Source of the DNA: Bradymonadia bacterium
GTDB lineage: Bacteria; Myxococcota_A; Bradymonadia; UBA7976; UBA1532
Direction: 5' to 3'
Assembly: GCA_044376085.1 (NCBI GenBank)
Contig: JBILLN010000017.1
Span: 3,186-67,185, forward strand
Length of the DNA: 64,000 nt
In this document: positions 45,573 to 56,678 of the stretch, in pieces
How the letters are laid out: each line of letters begins with the position of its first letter
Numbering within the stretch: the first letter of the stretch is position 1
The notes under the pieces: model-generated
Database searches by the model: none
Told to the model about the DNA's origin: nothing
The model's input: the letters and a program-made list of their open reading frames with translations, nothing else
Position numbers and translations under genes: made by a program

Positions 45573-45866
45573 ATGGACGACCTGATGCGCGTGCCGATCT
45601 TCCAGCGCCTGAAGCACATCCTGGTGACCGACTTCGCCAAGGACGAGGCCCTCGTGACGCCGTCCGCGACGTTGCGCGGGACGCTGATGATGGACAGCCT
45701 CGACCTCGTCGATCTCGTGTTCTTCCTCCAGCGGGAGTTCCACCTCGAGGCCCGGCTCGAGGACCTTCGCGACGTGAAGTCGCTCGACGCGCTCGTGACC
45801 TACATCGCCCGCAGCGCCGGCTCGGCGACGAGCCCGGCGACGACGCCGGCAGCCGCCGCGGGCTGA
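45573..45866 (+). CDS. Acyl/peptidyl carrier protein.
   Basis: It is a 97-aa acidic protein with the phosphopantetheine attachment motif LMMDSLDLVDLVFFLQ (DSL). GGAGG is 5 nt upstream of the ATG. Confidence 0.7.
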   Translation: MDDLMRVPIFQRLKHILVTDFAKDEALVTPSATLRGTLMMDSLDLVDLVFFLQREFHLEARLEDLRDVKSLDALVTYIARSAGSATSPATTPAAAAG

Positions 45867-46001
45867 GGCGGACCCGGCGCCGGGGCCAAGGAGCCGCGTC
45901 GGCCGTTGCCCGTCGGGCTGGCTCCGGCGTACCATGCTCCCCGACGCCGGGGCGGACCCGGCCAGGCTTCTCTCCACGGACCCCGGACGGTTCCCCAAGG
46001 C

Positions 46002-49000
46002 ATGCAGCCAGGCCAGGTCGTCGGCGACCGCTACCGCATCGAGCAACTCATCGGCGAGGGCGGCATCGGCCAGGTCTTCCGCGCCCGCGACCTCATGACC
46101 CGCGAGCTCGTGGCCCTGAAGGCGCTCCGCCCCGAGTTCGCGCGAGACGCCCGCATCAAGCGACGTTTCATGCGCGAGGCCCGGGCCGTCGCGCGCCTGC
46201 AGCATCCCCACATCGTACGGCTCTTCGCGTGCGGGGACAGCGACGACGCCCCGTACATCGCCATGGAGCTCATCGAGGGTCAGGCCCTCTCCGAGCACCG
46301 GGACCAGGGCCTGCATCTCGATACGCTGCTCCAGGTCATCGACCAGACGCTCGCAGCGCTCGCGTTCGCTCACGCCCGGGGCGTCGTCCATCGCGACGTC
46401 AAACCCGAGAACATCCTGGTCTCGTGGGTCGACCGCGGTCGGCGTCCGTTCGTCAAGTTGCTCGACTTCGGGTTCGCGCGCGTGGAGGGCGACCAGGACA
46501 TCAAGCTCACTCAGGTTCAGGGCGATGCCTTCGGAACGCCGCTGTACATGGCGCCCGAGCAGGCCTCGGCCAAGGGCAACGTCGGGCCCGAGACGGACCT
46601 CTACGCCATCGGCGTGATTCTGTTCGAGTTTCTGTCCGGCCAGCCGCCGTTCACGGGGGCACACGGGATGGCCGTCGCCCTCAAACACGTCATGGAGCCC
46701 GTCCCCGATCTGCGCGCGCGGGCGGGGCTGGCCATGCCCTTCGGACTCGAGGACGTCGTCCGCCGCGCCCTCGAAAAGGAGCCCCGCAGCCGGTGGCGAA
46801 CCGCTGCGGACCTGCGTCGGGCACTCGCACAGTTTTCCCAGGGCACGGAGTCGGCCCCGCCCGAGGACGACGCCGACGACCAGACCATGGCCGGTCCCGC
46901 CGGCCCGCCACCGCCCGTTTCACCCTTGGCCGGCGCGGCGCCGGCGATGCCCTTCGACGACGGGCCGCGCAGCGACCCCACCCTCGTCACGGGGCTCGGT
47001 CGGGGCCCGACGACCGGCGCGCATCCCGTCCCCCTGTTTCGCGCGCTCGAGCCGGAGCCCTCGGGCGCCGGTGTCGAGGAAGCCCTGGTGGCCGATCCGG
47101 ACACGCAGGCCCTCGTCGGTCGAGAAGCCGAACTCATGTGGCTGTGGGAGCGGGCCCGGGAGGTCTGCGACCGGGGGGAGGCGCGCATCGTCCTGCTGGG
47201 CGGCACGCCGGGCATGGGCAAACGTCGGCTCCTGAGCTGGCTCGAGGACCAGGTCGCGGAGGGAGCGTGGATGCTCCACGTCAGCGGGAGCCGACCGACC
47301 GCGCCCGACGCCGGCCCTCGGACGGACCTGCGAGCCCTCCTGGCCGCGGTTTTCGGCAGCCTGCCGGCCGAGCGCCGGCCCGCGGAGCAGATCATCCTGC
47401 AGATGCTCGAGCGGTGGGCGGGCATGCCCAGCGGGTTGCCCCGGCCCGAGCCGGCCATGCTGGGCGTCCTGGCGACGACGATGGCAGCCTGGCTGTGCCC
47501 GGCGCCCGGCGCGCTGGCCACGGACGAGATGGGAGAACTGCGCGGCGAAGCGCTGTACGCCCGCGCCCTGGAACTGCTGCAGATCGCCGCCCGCGAGCGG
47601 CCGGTGCTGCTGACCGTCGAGTCCATCGAGGACGCCGGCCACGAGACGTGCGGTTTCCTGGCCTGGGCGAGTCGATGGTTGCGGCGGGTCGAACTGCCCC
47701 TGCTCGTGGTGGCCGGGTACACCGTCGACGATGGCGGAGCAGCCCGGCACCCGATGGCCGGCGCCTTTGTCGGCTCGCTGTCCGCCGTCGGCGGCCCCGA
47801 GGTGCAGTCCCTCCTGCTCAGGCCCCTGGACGCGGCCACGGTCGCCGACCTCCTGGCCAGCATCGCACCGATCGACGCGACCGTCGCCGAAGCCATCGCG
47901 CGGCGGACCCATGGCAACCCGTACTTTGCCCGGGAACTGCTGCTGTGGGCCTCGCAGGCCGGGGAACTCGTCACGGAGCGCGGCCGGCTGGTGCTGTCGC
48001 GCAGCGCGCGGCCCCAGGCGTGGCCCACCTCGCTGCCGGAGACGCTGCTCCTGCGGACGGACGAGACGCTGGGGCGCAAGCCGGGGGGAGACGCCGCGCG
48101 CCGCGTTTTGGAGTGCTCGGCCTTGCTCGGCGAGCACTTCGAGTACGAGCTGCTCGTGGCGTTCATGGTGCCGTTGGTGGGCGACCGCGCCACGGTGGAG
48201 CGCGGCATCGAGCTTCTGCTGCACTGCAACATCTACGGGGAGTCGGGCACGCTGGAGGGCGATCGGCTCTTTCTGCGGCACGACGTGATGCTCGGTCCCC
48301 TGCGGGAGCGCCTCGCCGCCGGCGGGCAGCTCCCCCGACTCCATCGGCTGGCGGCCGATACGATGCTGCGGATCTACACCCGCAACCCCACCCCCTTCGC
48401 CGAGCCGATCGGCGCACATCTCGAGGCTGCGGGTGCGACGACGGAGGCGGCGCAGCAGTTCCAGCTCGCCGCGGCCGCGCGCCGCGAACACGGACAGCTC
48501 GCCGCCGCGGCGGATCTCCTCGAACGCGCGGACGCGCTGCTGGCGCAGTCGACGGAGGTCGGCGCAGACCTGAAACGTGCCGCGGGCTGGCTCGACCTGG
48601 GGGAGCTCGAGCTGCGGCGCGGGCAACAGCCTCGGGCACGAACCCTGGCGGGCCGGGTCTACACCTGGGCGCGGCAGAACGGTCAGGCGGGTCTCGAGGG
48701 CCGGGCGCTGCTGCTCGTCTCGGATCTCTTTCGTCGCCAGAACCAGCTCGGCGAGGCCGGGCGCGGGTACGCGCAGGCCCGGGCGGTTTTCGAACGGGCC
48801 CAGGATCGCGCCGGATACGCTCGATCGCTGCTGGGGGCGGCCATGGTGGAGCGGAGCCTCGGACGGGTGGAGTCGGCGGTCGAACTGTTCGAACTCGCCC
48901 GTCAGGCGATGGAGGCGGCCGGCGACCATCACGGCCTGGCCCGGGCCTGGCGGGGGCAGGGGGAGATTGCGCTGCGGATGGGGGAACTCCTGGCGGCGCG

Positions 49001-49715
49001 GGACCGCCTCGAGCTCGCACGGCAGGCCTACGGAACCGCCGGTGATACGCACGGCGTCACTTTTTGTCACTGGCTCCTGGGGGAGACGTTCCGGTTGCTC
49101 GGGCAGCCGGATCTGGCGGTCTCCTATTTCGAGGCGTCGCGTCGCGGGCACGAAGTGCTGCGGGACGACCTCGGGCGCGGGCGGGCCCACCTCTCGCTGG
49201 CGCGGCTCTTCCGGGACCGCGGTCTCTGGGCGGATGCCGAGTCGCACTTCGAGGGCGCGGTGCTGGCGTACGACGCGGCCGGCGATGCGGCCCGTGCGGC
49301 CGCTGCGCGCGCCGAACTCGGTCTCGGGGCGCTCCTCCAGCGCCGGTTCGACGCCGCGCGCGACCACCTCGGAACGGCGCTGGCGCATGTGCTGCAGTCG
49401 GGAGACGCCGACCGGGCGGTCGTGCTGCGGACCTCGCTGGCCTGGGTGTACGCCGAGCAGGGCGACGAAGCGCTCGCCGAACCGGAACTCCGGGCGGCCC
49501 TCGCCGCGGACGCCGCCCGACCGGTCGTGGATCCGGACTTCGCGCGAGCCCTCGAGGGCATCGCCGAGGTGGACCTCTACCTCGGCCGTCGACACCGGGC
49601 GGGCGCGCTGCTGCAGCGGGCCGCGGACGTCGCGGCCGCACTCGGTCAGCCGGCGGAGGCCGACCGCCTGCTGCGCAAACTGACGCTGCTCGGCCCACGG
49701 GGAGGACGGGGATGA
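46002..49715 (+). CDS. Ser/Thr protein kinase fused to a STAND-type NTPase and TPR repeats (PknK/AfsR-like architecture).
   Basis: The kinase motifs are GEGGIGQVF, VALKAL, HRDVKPENIL, DFGFAR and APEQ. The P-loop NTPase is LLGGTPGMGKRRLL. The C-terminal half is long TPR/alpha-solenoid. Confidence 0.8.
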   Translation: MQPGQVVGDRYRIEQLIGEGGIGQVFRARDLMTRELVALKALRPEFARDARIKRRFMREARAVARLQHPHIVRLFACGDSDDAPYIAMELIEGQALSEHRDQGLHLDTLLQVIDQTLAALAFAHARGVVHRDVKPENILVSWVDRGRRPFVKLLDFGFARVEGDQDIKLTQVQGDAFGTPLYMAPEQASAKGNVGPETDLYAIGVILFEFLSGQPPFTGAHGMAVALKHVMEPVPDLRARAGLAMPFGLEDVVRRALEKEPRSRWRTAADLRRALAQFSQGTESAPPEDDADDQTMAGPAGPPPPVSPLAGAAPAMPFDDGPRSDPTLVTGLGRGPTTGAHPVPLFRALEPEPSGAGVEEALVADPDTQALVGREAELMWLWERAREVCDRGEARIVLLGGTPGMGKRRLLSWLEDQVAEGAWMLHVSGSRPTAPDAGPRTDLRALLAAVFGSLPAERRPAEQIILQMLERWAGMPSGLPRPEPAMLGVLATTMAAWLCPAPGALATDEMGELRGEALYARALELLQIAARERPVLLTVESIEDAGHETCGFLAWASRWLRRVELPLLVVAGYTVDDGGAARHPMAGAFVGSLSAVGGPEVQSLLLRPLDAATVADLLASIAPIDATVAEAIARRTHGNPYFARELLLWASQAGELVTERGRLVLSRSARPQAWPTSLPETLLLRTDETLGRKPGGDAARRVLECSALLGEHFEYELLVAFMVPLVGDRATVERGIELLLHCNIYGESGTLEGDRLFLRHDVMLGPLRERLAAGGQLPRLHRLAADTMLRIYTRNPTPFAEPIGAHLEAAGATTEAAQQFQLAAAARREHGQLAAAADLLERADALLAQSTEVGADLKRAAGWLDLGELELRRGQQPRARTLAGRVYTWARQNGQAGLEGRALLLVSDLFRRQNQLGEAGRGYAQARAVFERAQDRAGYARSLLGAAMVERSLGRVESAVELFELARQAMEAAGDHHGLARAWRGQGEIALRMGELLAARDRLELARQAYGTAGDTHGVTFCHWLLGETFRLLGQPDLAVSYFEASRRGHEVLRDDLGRGRAHLSLARLFRDRGLWADAESHFEGAVLAYDAAGDAARAAAARAELGLGALLQRRFDAARDHLGTALAHVLQSGDADRAVVLRTSLAWVYAEQGDEALAEPELRAALAADAARPVVDPDFARALEGIAEVDLYLGRRHRAGALLQRAADVAAALGQPAEADRLLRKLTLLGPRGGRG

Positions 49716-52700
49716 GCGGCGGGGGCGAGCCGGGCGGGCTCGAGGCCGGCACGTTGCTGGGCGGGCGCTATCGGCTCGCCGAGATTCTCGGCCACGGCGG
49801 CACCGGCACGGTCTGGTCCGGGCTGGACCTCGGCGTCCATCGAGAAGTGGCCATCAAAGTGCTCCGCCCGGAGCTGACCCGCGACGCCCGCCTGCGCCGT
49901 CGCCTGCGCCGGGAGGCGCGGGCCGTCGCCCGGCTGGAACACCCCAACATCGTGCGCCTCTTCGGCATCGGCGACCTGCCCGACGGCAGCCCGTACCTGG
50001 CGATGGAGCGCGTCCACGGCGTGCCGCTGCACCACCTCCTGGCCCGCGGCCTCCCGTTGTCGCGGAGCGTGGCCGTCTTCGAACAGGTGCTGGCGGCGCT
50101 CGCGTTCGCACACGCCCGAGGCGTCGTTCACCGCGACCTCAAACCGCAGAACGTCCACGTCATGCGGGGGCCCGGGGGCGAGGACGTCGTCAAGCTCCTC
50201 GACTTCGGCTTCGCCCGGGTGGAGAACGACAGCGACGATGGGTTGACCGCCGCGGTGAAAGACGTTTTCGGCACGCCGACCTACATGAGCCCCGAGCAGG
50301 CCACGGGGGACCACGAGGTCGGTCCGCCGGCGGACCTGTACGCGGTGGGCGTCATGCTGTGGGAAGCCGTGTGCGGGGCGCCGCCGTTCACCGGGGCCAC
50401 CGGAACGGCCGTGGTCGTTCAGCACGTGACGGCGCCGCTGCCACCGTTCCTCCCGCGGGCCGACCTGCTCCCCCCGCACGGACTGGAAGCGGTCGTCCGG
50501 CAGGCTCTCGAGAAAGAACCCGTGCGCCGCCATGCCAGCGCCGCGGCGTTCCGGCGGGCGTTGCTCGCGGCATTCGAGGACGGGGACGCCGACGACGAGT
50601 CGTTCACGACGGTCAATGCCGTGACCTCGGTGACGTCCGTCATGACCAGCAGCCAGCCGCCCGCGTTCGAACGCACGAACACGGAGCCGGGCCTGACCAC
50701 CCTGGCAGAGGCGCGGGTGATCGACGCGCCGCGGGCGCCGGCGACGCCCGTGGGGGCGGGGGACCTGGGGCCGAGCCGGGACGATCTGCCCCTCGTCGGT
50801 CGCGAGTCGCTGCAGCGGTGGCTCTGGGAGCGGGCGGTCGATACGTGTCAGACGGGGCAGCCCCACTTCGTGCTCCTCGACGGCCCCGTCGGCATCGGGA
50901 AGAGCCGCCTGTGCGCCTGGCTTCATCAGACCATGGCCGAGGGCGGCTGGATGTGGCCATTGAAGGGCCGCCACCGGATCGGGAGCGGCGACGGTGGTCT
51001 GCGCGATGTCGTGCGGGCAGCGCTCGGTCTCCCGAGGCAGCCCGGCACGTTGGGTCGCGACGCGGTCCCGCAGGCGCTGGCGGAGCTCGATCCCGAAGGG
51101 GCGCTCGATCCGCAGCTCCTGACCCGCTGGCTCTGGCCGGTGCCCGAACGTCCGTGTCCACCCGGCTCGGCCGTGCGCCTGGTCGAGCAGCTCGCGCGGC
51201 GGCTGAGTCGGCGCCGACCGCTCTATCTCTGGCTGGACGACGTCCACCACGCCGACGCCGAGGCGTTCGTCATCTTCGATCACCTGGCGTCGAACCTGAC
51301 CGCGCGACCCGCTCCCGTGTTCGTCGTGGCGACGCGCCGGACGGACGCACCGGCGTCCGGGACGCCGGCCCTCGACGCGATGGCGGCCTTTCTGAAACGT
51401 CACCATGAGCGCATCGAGCTGCGCGAGGTGCCGCGCCTCGACGAGCGGGCCATTCAGGCGCTGGCCGCGCACGCGGCACCGCTCGATGCGAATGCCGTGG
51501 CGTTCGTCTCCGGTGCGGCCCGGGGCAACCCGCTGCATGCGCTCGAGCTCGTCCGCTATCTCCAGGACACCGGCACGCTCACGCCCGCCGGCATCCTCGC
51601 GCCGCAGGGTCGAGGCGCCGTGCCGCGCAGCCCGGTGGAGCTCGTCCGGGCGCGGCTCCAGGGCGCGCTGCACGGGCGCGATCCCGAGCTCGGCGCGCTG
51701 GCGGAGCGCCTCTCGCTCCTCGGCGGCGCCTTCCCGTTCGCCGCGGCCGAGACGGTCGCCCGGCGCATCGGACTCGACGCGGTGCGGCTCGATACCGGGC
51801 TCGAGGCGCTGGTGCGGATGGGCGTTCTGGCGGACGACGCGGCGGAGACCTACGCCTTCCGGCACGAGCTGGTCCGCGAGGCGCTCGCCGAGGAACTGGC
51901 CGACCGACCGGACGCGGCCACGGCGCACCTCGCGGTGGCCGAAGCGCTCCTGGCCGTCCACGGCGAGCGGTCGGGGGAGGTCGCGCTGGCGGTCGCGCGC
52001 CACTTCCGGATGGCCGGAGACGTCGCGCGGGCGGTCGAACGCCAGTTGGCGGGGGCGCGATACGCCCGGAGCGTCGGGCAGGGGACGGCGGCGGTCGCCG
52101 CCCACCAGGAAGCGGAGCGCTGGCTTTCGGAGGTCGAACCGACGCCCGCCCTTCAGGCCATGCTCGCCGACTGCTGGCGCGGCCTGGCCGAACTCGCCCT
52201 CGACCAGAACGATACGGACCGCGCGCTGCGCCTGGCCGAACGGTTGGAGACGTGGGCGCGCATGGTCCGCGATCACGGGCGCGCCGCCGCCGCGCTGCGG
52301 TTGCGGGGCGAGGCGCAGCTCGCGTCGGGCCGCTGGCTCGAGGCCGAGAAGCTGCTGGCCGACGCCCGCGCGCGCTTCGAGACCATGGGCGACGATCGCG
52401 TGGTCGCCCAGATCGATCTCTCCCTGGGGCGAGCGGCCCTCCAGTCGAGCCGCGTCGAGGTCGCCCAGGCCTGTTTCGCCCGGGCAGCGGGGCGGTTCGC
52501 GGCGGCCGGCGACGGCGCGGGGGAGGCGGCCTGTCGGCGCGCGCTGGGAGAACTGGCCGTGCGCGCGGGCGACCGACCGACGGCCACCCGCCTGTTGACC
52601 GAAGCGGCCGCCATGGGGGAAGCCGCCCTGGATCACCGGCTGGTCGGTCAGGCCGCGTGGCGCCTCGGGGAGCTCCTGCGACAGGGGGGACAGGCCGAAG

Positions 52701-53269
52701 CGGCGGTCGGCCGGTATCAGCAGGCCGTGGAGAACTGCGAGGCCGTGGGCGACCTGGCCGGGCTCGGGCGCGCCCTTCGCGGGCTCGGAGATACCGAGCG
52801 GATGCTGGAGCGGGTGACGGCCGAGAGCAGCTACCGCCGGGCCGTCGAGGTCTTCGAGTCCGTCGGCGACCAGTTCCAGCTCGCGATCTGCCACACCCAG
52901 CTCGGTCGCATGGCCGCCGAACGCGATGACCTCATCACCGCGGAGGCCGCCTTCGAACGGGCATTGCGCACGCTCGAGAGCTTCGACGATCCCGTCCGGG
53001 TGGGCGTGTTGCACGCCTATCTGGCGCGCATCGCCGACCGGCGTGGGGACCGTGTCGCGCGGGACCACCGCCTCCAGGTGGCCCTGCGCTTCGACGCCCA
53101 CCGTCCGCTCGTGGTCCGTGAATGGCCGATGATCCTCGAGGACGTCGCGGCGCATCTGGTCGCGGAAGGGGAGCCGCACCGGGCTCGGGCGCTCCGGGAG
53201 CGGGCGGCTCAGATCTGGACGGCGCTCGGCCGGCCGGACGACGCGGCGCGCTGTCTCGCGGGAGGGTGA
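49712..53269 (+). CDS. Ser/Thr protein kinase fused to a STAND-type NTPase and TPR repeats, a paralog of the upstream gene.
   Basis: The kinase motifs are GHGGTGTVW, VAIKVL, HRDLKPQNV, DFGFARV and SPEQ. The P-loop is LLDGPVGIGKSRL, followed by TPR. The ATG overlaps the upstream stop (ATGA), with GGAGGA upstream. Confidence 0.8.
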   Translation: MSGGGEPGGLEAGTLLGGRYRLAEILGHGGTGTVWSGLDLGVHREVAIKVLRPELTRDARLRRRLRREARAVARLEHPNIVRLFGIGDLPDGSPYLAMERVHGVPLHHLLARGLPLSRSVAVFEQVLAALAFAHARGVVHRDLKPQNVHVMRGPGGEDVVKLLDFGFARVENDSDDGLTAAVKDVFGTPTYMSPEQATGDHEVGPPADLYAVGVMLWEAVCGAPPFTGATGTAVVVQHVTAPLPPFLPRADLLPPHGLEAVVRQALEKEPVRRHASAAAFRRALLAAFEDGDADDESFTTVNAVTSVTSVMTSSQPPAFERTNTEPGLTTLAEARVIDAPRAPATPVGAGDLGPSRDDLPLVGRESLQRWLWERAVDTCQTGQPHFVLLDGPVGIGKSRLCAWLHQTMAEGGWMWPLKGRHRIGSGDGGLRDVVRAALGLPRQPGTLGRDAVPQALAELDPEGALDPQLLTRWLWPVPERPCPPGSAVRLVEQLARRLSRRRPLYLWLDDVHHADAEAFVIFDHLASNLTARPAPVFVVATRRTDAPASGTPALDAMAAFLKRHHERIELREVPRLDERAIQALAAHAAPLDANAVAFVSGAARGNPLHALELVRYLQDTGTLTPAGILAPQGRGAVPRSPVELVRARLQGALHGRDPELGALAERLSLLGGAFPFAAAETVARRIGLDAVRLDTGLEALVRMGVLADDAAETYAFRHELVREALAEELADRPDAATAHLAVAEALLAVHGERSGEVALAVARHFRMAGDVARAVERQLAGARYARSVGQGTAAVAAHQEAERWLSEVEPTPALQAMLADCWRGLAELALDQNDTDRALRLAERLETWARMVRDHGRAAAALRLRGEAQLASGRWLEAEKLLADARARFETMGDDRVVAQIDLSLGRAALQSSRVEVAQACFARAAGRFAAAGDGAGEAACRRALGELAVRAGDRPTATRLLTEAAAMGEAALDHRLVGQAAWRLGELLRQGGQAEAAVGRYQQAVENCEAVGDLAGLGRALRGLGDTERMLERVTAESSYRRAVEVFESVGDQFQLAICHTQLGRMAAERDDLITAEAAFERALRTLESFDDPVRVGVLHAYLARIADRRGDRVARDHRLQVALRFDAHRPLVVREWPMILEDVAAHLVAEGEPHRARALRERAAQIWTALGRPDDAARCLAGG

Positions 53270-53281
53270 GCCGCGCGGCTC
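53268..53281. terminator. Hairpin between the convergent kinase and OMP genes; a possible bidirectional terminator, although it lacks a U-tract.
   Basis: It is the perfect inverted repeat GAGCCG-CG-CGGCTC. Confidence 0.3.
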
Positions 53282-53287
53282 GGCGCC

Positions 53288-53956
53288 TCAGAACGAGCTG
53301 CGCAGACCCAGGCTGACCGGCACGGTATTGAGGTTCAGCGTGGCATCGTCGCCATAGGTCGTGGTCGTGTAGTAGCCCACGGCCGTGAAGGCGGCGACGC
53401 TGTCGTTGAACTTCCAGCCCGCGCCGAAGTTGAACCGCAGGCTCCAGCCGAAGCGCGTGTCGCGCGTCGGGTCGCCCTTCACCGCTTTGTCGTTGCCCAC
53501 CCAGATCGTCGGCCCCAGACCGAGCAGGCCGTCGAACGAGAGCCCCTGCCAGATGGGGAACGTCATGCGGGCCCGCAGGTGGGGGCTCATGATGAGGCTG
53601 CGTTCGTCGGGCGCGCCCTTCTCGTCGGAGCCGGCCCAGACGAACATGTACTCGCCGCCGATGCCGAAGTTCCGGCCGAGCATCTTGTCGAAGCCGGGGA
53701 CGATGCCGAGCGTGGCCTTGCCGTCGGACTCGACGACGTCACCCCCGTCGGGCTCGGCCTCGAACGTCGACCCGAGGCCGAGCAGGAACTCGAGGGACGC
53801 GGCCAGTTTCGGTGCGGCCTCGGCGGATTCGCTCTTGGGCTCGTCGGCCTCCCCCTTGCCCTTGGCAAGGGCGGACTGCGGGGCGGCGAGCGCCGTCCAC
53901 GCGGCGAACGAGAGAGCGAAGACGGCGGGGGATTTTCGGGCAGTGATCGGGCTCAT
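53288..53956 (-). CDS. Outer-membrane beta-barrel protein (OmpA-like/porin-like small barrel).
   Basis: The signal peptide is MSPITARKSPAVFALSFAAWTALAAPQSALA. Alternating hydrophobic beta-strands end in a terminal LGLRSSF (C-terminal Phe). AGGAG is 6 nt upstream of the chosen ATG. Confidence 0.55.
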   Translation of the reverse strand: MSPITARKSPAVFALSFAAWTALAAPQSALAKGKGEADEPKSESAEAAPKLAASLEFLLGLGSTFEAEPDGGDVVESDGKATLGIVPGFDKMLGRNFGIGGEYMFVWAGSDEKGAPDERSLIMSPHLRARMTFPIWQGLSFDGLLGLGPTIWVGNDKAVKGDPTRDTRFGWSLRFNFGAGWKFNDSVAAFTAVGYYTTTTYGDDATLNLNTVPVSLGLRSSF

Positions 53957-54065
53957 GAAGACTCCTGGCATGCGGCGCGCGTTTTAACAGCCCGGGGGTG
54001 GCGCGTGCAATCGCCGGGGCCGTGCTTACCTTGCCCTCGTCCACCCAACGACGAGAGAGTCGCCG

Positions 54066-56678
54066 ATGAATCCGAACAAGATGACGAATGCCGTGCGCGA
54101 GGCCCTCGCCTTCGCCGTCGACGAGGCCCGCCGGGACGGCGCGCCGGAGCTCGTGACCGAGCACGTGCTGCGGGCGCTCCTCGGCCAAACCGAGGGCGTG
54201 ACGCGCTCCCTGCTCCGCGAGATCGGGGTCGAGCCCGCGGCGCTGCTCCGGGCCGTCCAGGAGAACCTCGCCCGCAAGCCCAAGGTCAAGGGAGACAGCC
54301 GGCTCAGCGAGAGTCCGGGTCTGGTCCGGGCGCTCGAACGCGCCGACGACGAGGCCCGCAAGATGGGGGACGAGTACGTCTCCGTCGAGCACGTCCTGCT
54401 GGCGCTCGCCGACGAACGCGAGGGCGCGGGCGAGGTGCTGCGCAAGCACGGCGTGACTCGGGATGCGCTGATGTCCGCATTGCAGGCCGTCCGGGGCAAT
54501 ACCCGGGTCACGGATCCCGAGCCCGAGGGCAAGTACGACGTGCTCCGCAAGTACACCCGGGACCTGACCGAGATGGCCACCCGCGGCAAGCTCGACCCCG
54601 TGATCGGCCGCGACGAAGAGGTGCGCCGCGTCATGCAGGTGCTGCAGCGCCGCACGAAGAACAATCCGGTGCTCATCGGCGAGCCCGGCGTCGGCAAGAC
54701 GGCCATCGTCGAGGGGATCGCCCAGCGGATCGCCGCCAACGACGTGCCCGAAGGCCTGCGCGACCGGCGACTGCACAGTCTCGATCTCGGCGCGCTCATC
54801 GCCGGGGCCAAGTACCGCGGGGAGTTCGAAGAGCGCTTGAAGGCGGTCCTGAAGGAGGTCGCGGCCGCCGAGGGCCAGGTCATTCTCTTCATCGACGAAC
54901 TGCACACCCTCGTCGGCGCCGGCGCGAGCGAAGGCGCGATGGACGCCTCGAACATGCTCAAACCCGCGCTGGCTCGCGGCGAGCTGCGCTGCATCGGCGC
55001 GACCACGCTGGACGAGTACCGCAAGCACATCGAGAAGGACGGGGCCCTCGAACGTCGGTTCCAGCCCGTGTTCGTGGGCGAGCCCAGCATCGAGGACACC
55101 ATCTCGATCCTCCGCGGCCTGAAGGAGAAGTACGAGATTCACCACGGCATCCGCATCCAGGACGGTGCGCTCGTGGCCGCTACGAAACTCTCGCAGCGGT
55201 ACCTGCCGGACCGACAGCTTCCCGACAAGGCCATCGACCTGATGGACGAGGCCGCGAGCCGCATCCGCATGCAGCTCGACAGCCGGCCCGCGGCCATCGA
55301 CGATGTGGAGCGGCGCATCACGGGCCTGGAGATCGAGGCCGTCAGCCTCCGACAGGAGAAGGACGACGCGTCGAAGCAGCGCCTCGCCGCCCTGGAGCGC
55401 GAACTGGCGGACCTTCGGGAGAAGAGTGGCGCCGTGAATGCGCGCTGGTCTGCCGAGAAGGGCGCGCTGCAGCGGACCAACGGGCTGCGCGAACAGCTCG
55501 AGCAGCTCGGCTCGGAGGAGGACCGGCTGCGCCAGATGCTGCCCACCGTCGTCGAGTACCAGGCGCGCGAGCGCATGTACCAGCGTGCGGGTGAACTCCA
55601 GGCGCGCAAGCTCGGGTTGCAGCGAGAGCTCGCAGAGGCGGAAGGTCGGCTCGAGGCCATCCAGCGGGAGGGCAGCTTCCTGCGCCAGGAGGTCACCCCG
55701 GACGACATCGCGGCGGTCGTCGCCCGCTGGACGGGCATCCCGGTCGAGAAGATGCTGGAGGGTGAGCTCGAGCGGCTCACCCAGATGGAGGGGCGCCTGC
55801 ACCGCCGCGTCGTGGGACAGAACGAAGCGGTCACCGCGGTGGCGAACGCCGTCCGACGCGCCCGGGCGGGGTTGTCCGATCCCAACCGCCCCATCGGCAG
55901 TTTCCTGTTCCTGGGGCCCACGGGCGTCGGCAAGACCGAGCTCGCGCGCAGCCTCGCGGACTTCCTGTTCGACGACGAGCGGGCCACGGTGCGCATCGAC
56001 ATGTCCGAGTACATGGAGAAGCACAGCGTCTCGAGGCTCATCGGCGCGCCGCCCGGCTACGTGGGCTACGACGAGGGCGGCCAGCTCACCGAAGCGGTCC
56101 GACGCCGGCCCTACGCGGTGCTGCTGCTCGACGAGGTCGAGAAGGCCCACCCGGACGTGTTCAACGTGCTGCTCCAGCTCCTCGACGACGGTCGATTGAC
56201 CGACGGACAGGGGCGCACGGTGGACTTCCGCAACGTCGTCGTCATCATGACGAGCAACCTCGGAAGTGATGTCATTCAAGCCTACGACGACGGGCACAAG
56301 CCGGACATGGACGCGCAGGTCCTCGCCGTCGTGCGGGCGCACTTTCGGCCCGAGTTCCTCAACCGGGTCGACGATATCGTGGTCTTCGAGCGCCTCGGCC
56401 GGCAGCACATCGACGCCATCGTCGATCTGCAGCTCGAGCGGTTCCGCAAACGCCTCGCCGAGCGGCAGCTCACGCTCACGCTCAGCGAGGACGCCCGTCG
56501 CCTGCTCGCCGACGAAGGCTACGATCCGGCCTACGGCGCCCGGCCGCTGAAGCGGGCCATCCAGCGCCTGCTCGAGAACCCGCTGGCCATGCGTCTGCTC
56601 GCCGGTGACTTCCCGGAACGCACGGACATCTTGGCGGAGCGGGATGGGAGCCGTCTCGTGTTCCGGGCCGCGCGCTGA
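54066..56678 (+). CDS. clpB: Chaperone ClpB (Hsp100 disaggregase).
   Basis: The N-domain is present. NBD1 has GEPGVGKT. The long coiled-coil M-domain is present. NBD2 has GPTGVGKTE, the sensor-2 GAR and the RPLKRAIQ motif. Length is 870 aa. Confidence 0.95.
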   Translation: MNPNKMTNAVREALAFAVDEARRDGAPELVTEHVLRALLGQTEGVTRSLLREIGVEPAALLRAVQENLARKPKVKGDSRLSESPGLVRALERADDEARKMGDEYVSVEHVLLALADEREGAGEVLRKHGVTRDALMSALQAVRGNTRVTDPEPEGKYDVLRKYTRDLTEMATRGKLDPVIGRDEEVRRVMQVLQRRTKNNPVLIGEPGVGKTAIVEGIAQRIAANDVPEGLRDRRLHSLDLGALIAGAKYRGEFEERLKAVLKEVAAAEGQVILFIDELHTLVGAGASEGAMDASNMLKPALARGELRCIGATTLDEYRKHIEKDGALERRFQPVFVGEPSIEDTISILRGLKEKYEIHHGIRIQDGALVAATKLSQRYLPDRQLPDKAIDLMDEAASRIRMQLDSRPAAIDDVERRITGLEIEAVSLRQEKDDASKQRLAALERELADLREKSGAVNARWSAEKGALQRTNGLREQLEQLGSEEDRLRQMLPTVVEYQARERMYQRAGELQARKLGLQRELAEAEGRLEAIQREGSFLRQEVTPDDIAAVVARWTGIPVEKMLEGELERLTQMEGRLHRRVVGQNEAVTAVANAVRRARAGLSDPNRPIGSFLFLGPTGVGKTELARSLADFLFDDERATVRIDMSEYMEKHSVSRLIGAPPGYVGYDEGGQLTEAVRRRPYAVLLLDEVEKAHPDVFNVLLQLLDDGRLTDGQGRTVDFRNVVVIMTSNLGSDVIQAYDDGHKPDMDAQVLAVVRAHFRPEFLNRVDDIVVFERLGRQHIDAIVDLQLERFRKRLAERQLTLTLSEDARRLLADEGYDPAYGARPLKRAIQRLLENPLAMRLLAGDFPERTDILAERDGSRLVFRAAR

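Noticed and set aside
53957-54065. Sigma-54 or sigma-32 promoter motifs upstream of clpB.
   Set aside because: Partial matches (TGGCAT..., CTTGCCC...) do not satisfy either consensus spacing. No call was made.
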